A DNA stretch of 64,000 nt, taken from Actinomycetes bacterium. GTDB lineage: Bacteria; Actinomycetota; Acidimicrobiia; Acidimicrobiales; Bog-793. A program made the position numbers and the translations under genes. The stretch is from positions 1,119-65,118 of the forward strand of contig JAKBAA010000006.1 of assembly GCA_021809425.1 (NCBI GenBank), written 5' to 3'. The notes under the pieces are model-generated. The model was not told the DNA's origin and did not search any database. It was given only the letters and a program-made list of their open reading frames with translations. This document shows positions 61,869 to 64,000 of the stretch, piece by piece. How positions within the stretch are numbered: the stretch's first letter is position 1; every line of letters begins with the position of its first letter.

Positions 61869-63066
61869 CGAGAAGGTGGCCGAGACGCTCGCGCTTCGTG
61901 CGCAGGTAGGCGATGTTCTCCGGCGTCGGGCTCGTCTCTACCGGCACCCGCTCGGTCACGTCCAGCCCGAAGCCGTTGATCCCGCCGTACTTGGCCGGGT
62001 TGTTGGTCATCAGCCGAAGCTTGCGCACGCCGAGGGCGACGAGGATCTGGGCGCCGATGCCGTACTCGCGCGAGTCGACGGGCAGGCCCAGGTCCAGGTT
62101 GGCGTCGACCGTGTCCCGACCTTGCTCCTGGAGGGAGTAGGCACGCAGCTTGTGGCCGAGTCCGATCCCCCGTCCCTCCTGGCCACGCAGGTAGACGACG
62201 ACCCCGCGGCCGGCGTCCGCGATGGCCTCGAGGGCGAATTCGAGCTGGGGTCCGCAGTCGCAGCGGCGGGAGCCGAAAACGTCCCCGGTGAGACACTCGC
62301 TGTGCACCCGGGTGAGCACGGGGGCGCCGTCGGCGACGTCGCCGAGGACGAGCGCCAGGTGCTCCTCGCCGTCGAGCAGCGACCGGAACACGATCCCGTC
62401 GAATTCGCCGTGTGTCGTCGGGATACGCGCCCGGCTCACCTCCTCGACCAGCCGCTCGGCGCGGTGGCGGTAGGCGACGAGGTCGGCGATGGTGACGAGG
62501 GCGAGGTGGTGCTCGGCGGCGAACGCCTCCAGCTCGGGCATCCGGGCCATGGTGCGGCGGTCCTTCGCCACCACCTCGCACAGCACCCCGGCCGGCACGC
62601 ACCCGGCCATCCGGGCGAGGTCGATGGCCGCCTCGGTGTGGCCGGCGCGCTTCAGCACGCCGCCCTCCCGGTAGCGCAGCGGGAGCACGTGGCCGGGGCG
62701 GGCCAGGTCGGCCGAGCGGGTCTCGGGGTCGACGAGCGCCCGGATGGTCGCCGCCCGGTCCTCGGCGGAGATGCCGGTCGTGGTCCCGTGGACGGCGTCG
62801 ACGGTCACCGTGAAGGCGGTGCGCTGCGACTCGGTGTTGTTGGCCACCATGAGCGGCAGGTCGAGCGCGTCGAGGCGGTCGCCGAGCAGGGGCACGCAGA
62901 TCAGCCCGGAGGTGTGGGCGAGGAAGAAGGCGACGTGCTCGGGCGTGGCGAACTGGGCGGCCATGACGAGGTCGCCCTCGTTCTCCCGGTTCTCGTCGTC
63001 GACGACGACGACGATCTCGCCACGCGCGATCGCCGCCACCGCCTCCTCGACCGGCGTGCTCGTCAT
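61855..63066 (-). CDS. ribBA: bifunctional DHBP synthase / GTP cyclohydrolase II
   Basis: [36 protein letters not shown]. Confidence 0.97.
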   Translation of the reverse strand: MTSTPVEEAVAAIARGEIVVVVDDENRENEGDLVMAAQFATPEHVAFFLAHTSGLICVPLLGDRLDALDLPLMVANNTESQRTAFTVTVDAVHGTTTGISAEDRAATIRALVDPETRSADLARPGHVLPLRYREGGVLKRAGHTEAAIDLARMAGCVPAGVLCEVVAKDRRTMARMPELEAFAAEHHLALVTIADLVAYRHRAERLVEEVSRARIPTTHGEFDGIVFRSLLDGEEHLALVLGDVADGAPVLTRVHSECLTGDVFGSRRCDCGPQLEFALEAIADAGRGVVVYLRGQEGRGIGLGHKLRAYSLQEQGRDTVDANLDLGLPVDSREYGIGAQILVALGVRKLRLMTNNPAKYGGINGFGLDVTERVPVETSPTPENIAYLRTKRERLGHLLDGLD

Positions 63067-64000
63067 CAGCCCTCCTCGGCCTCGAAGGCCCCGATGCTAC
63101 CGGGGGTGGCAGTCGGCTCCAGCACCACCTTGAGGTCGTCACCCAGGCGGGTCACCTCGACCATCCTCCCCCGCCACAGCGAGGCCACGTCGGGGGCGCC
63201 CGCACCGGCGAAGGCCGGGCGGGCGTCGTCCCCGCCGGCGAGGGCCGGGGCGAGGTACAGCACGTAGCGGTCGACCAGGCCGGCGGCGTGCAGGTCGTGG
63301 GCGACCCGGGCGCCCCCCTCGACCAGCAGCTGGAGCACGCCACGCCGGCCCAGCTCGTCGAGCACCGTGGCCGGCTCGCCGGACAGCTCGAGCGCCGGCT
63401 GCACCCGGGCCCCCGCCGGCGCCCGTCCGAGCACCACCCGGAGCGGCTGGGCGAGCGGCCCGGCCGGCCCACCGACGTTGGCGTCGCCGGCGGTTCGCAC
63501 CGTGAGCGCCGGGTCGTCGGCCCGCACGGTGCCGGCGCCGACGAGCACGGCGTCGGCATCGGCCCGCAGGCGGTGGCCGTCGGCGCGGGCTGCCGGGCCG
63601 GTGATCCAACGCGCCGAGCCGTCGGGGGCGGCGATCCGCCCGTCCAGGGTGGTGGCGAGCTTGAGCACCACGAACGGCCGGCCGGTCCGGCGCTGGTGGA
63701 GGTAAGGGGCGAGCTGCTCGGCCACCTCGACCGCCCGCACGCCCACCGTCACCTCCACCCCGGCGGCCCCCAACCGTGCGAGGCCACGCCCGGCGACCGA
63801 CGGGTCCGGGTCCACGACGCCGACCACCACCCGGGTGATGCCCGCCGCCACCACGGCATCGGCGCACGGGCCCGTCCGCCCGGTATGGGCGCACGGCTCC
63901 AGCGTGACGTACAGCGTCGCCCCGGCCGCCGCCTCACCGGCTGCCTGGAGGGCGACGATCTCGGCGTGGCGCCCGCCCGGCGGCTCGGTGGCGCCGCTCC
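63066..64000 (-). CDS. ribD: bifunctional riboflavin deaminase/reductase, 5' end outside window
   Basis: HAE...[15 protein letters not shown] deaminase motif; [19 protein letters not shown]. Confidence 0.96.
   Translation of the reverse strand, partial: SGATEPPGGRHAEIVALQAAGEAAAGATLYVTLEPCAHTGRTGPCADAVVAAGITRVVVGVVDPDPSVAGRGLARLGAAGVEVTVGVRAVEVAEQLAPYLHQRRTGRPFVVLKLATTLDGRIAAPDGSARWITGPAARADGHRLRADADAVLVGAGTVRADDPALTVRTAGDANVGGPAGPLAQPLRVVLGRAPAGARVQPALELSGEPATVLDELGRRGVLQLLVEGGARVAHDLHAAGLVDRYVLYLAPALAGGDDARPAFAGAGAPDVASLWRGRMVEVTRLGDDLKVVLEPTATPGSIGAFEAEEG

Overview
Very high-GC actinobacterial chromosome segment. Gene style and synteny suggest Acidimicrobiia (inference). The left ~18 kb is accessory. 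It holds an LLM monooxygenase and an alpha/beta hydrolase, four membrane/secreted proteins (two with Asp-box/BNR propellers), and a LacI-controlled sugar ABC + GH32/68-like + CE7 esterase cluster. It ends in a ~3.5 kb integrase-free toxin-antitoxin region abutting the 3' end of tRNA-Leu(GAG), with a duplicated att-like junction. The rest is core genome: peptide SBP, secG-tpiA-pgk-gap, yvcK-rapZ-methyltransferase-uvrC, nadA, GGDEF, uvrA, uvrB, pepE, coaE, rpsA, polA, DtxR, ANTAR regulator, menC-like, tRNA-Leu(CAA), FAS-II operon, pheST, trmH, rplT-rpmI-infC, DUF1844, HAD, hisG and rib genes. Four observations stand out. (1) A hairpin in the nadA leader has the P1-ACAACCCC-P1a architecture of the NAD+-I riboswitch, a class I recall only from Acidobacteria. 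(2) Tandem non-autonomous TA cassettes appear stacked at tRNA-Leu through symmetric, serine-recombinase-like att sites. (3) At least four genes seem to start at CTG directly at the upstream stop codon. (4) FabD is fused to a lysine-less biotinyl/lipoyl-like domain. All family calls are by eye from motifs; no searches were run.
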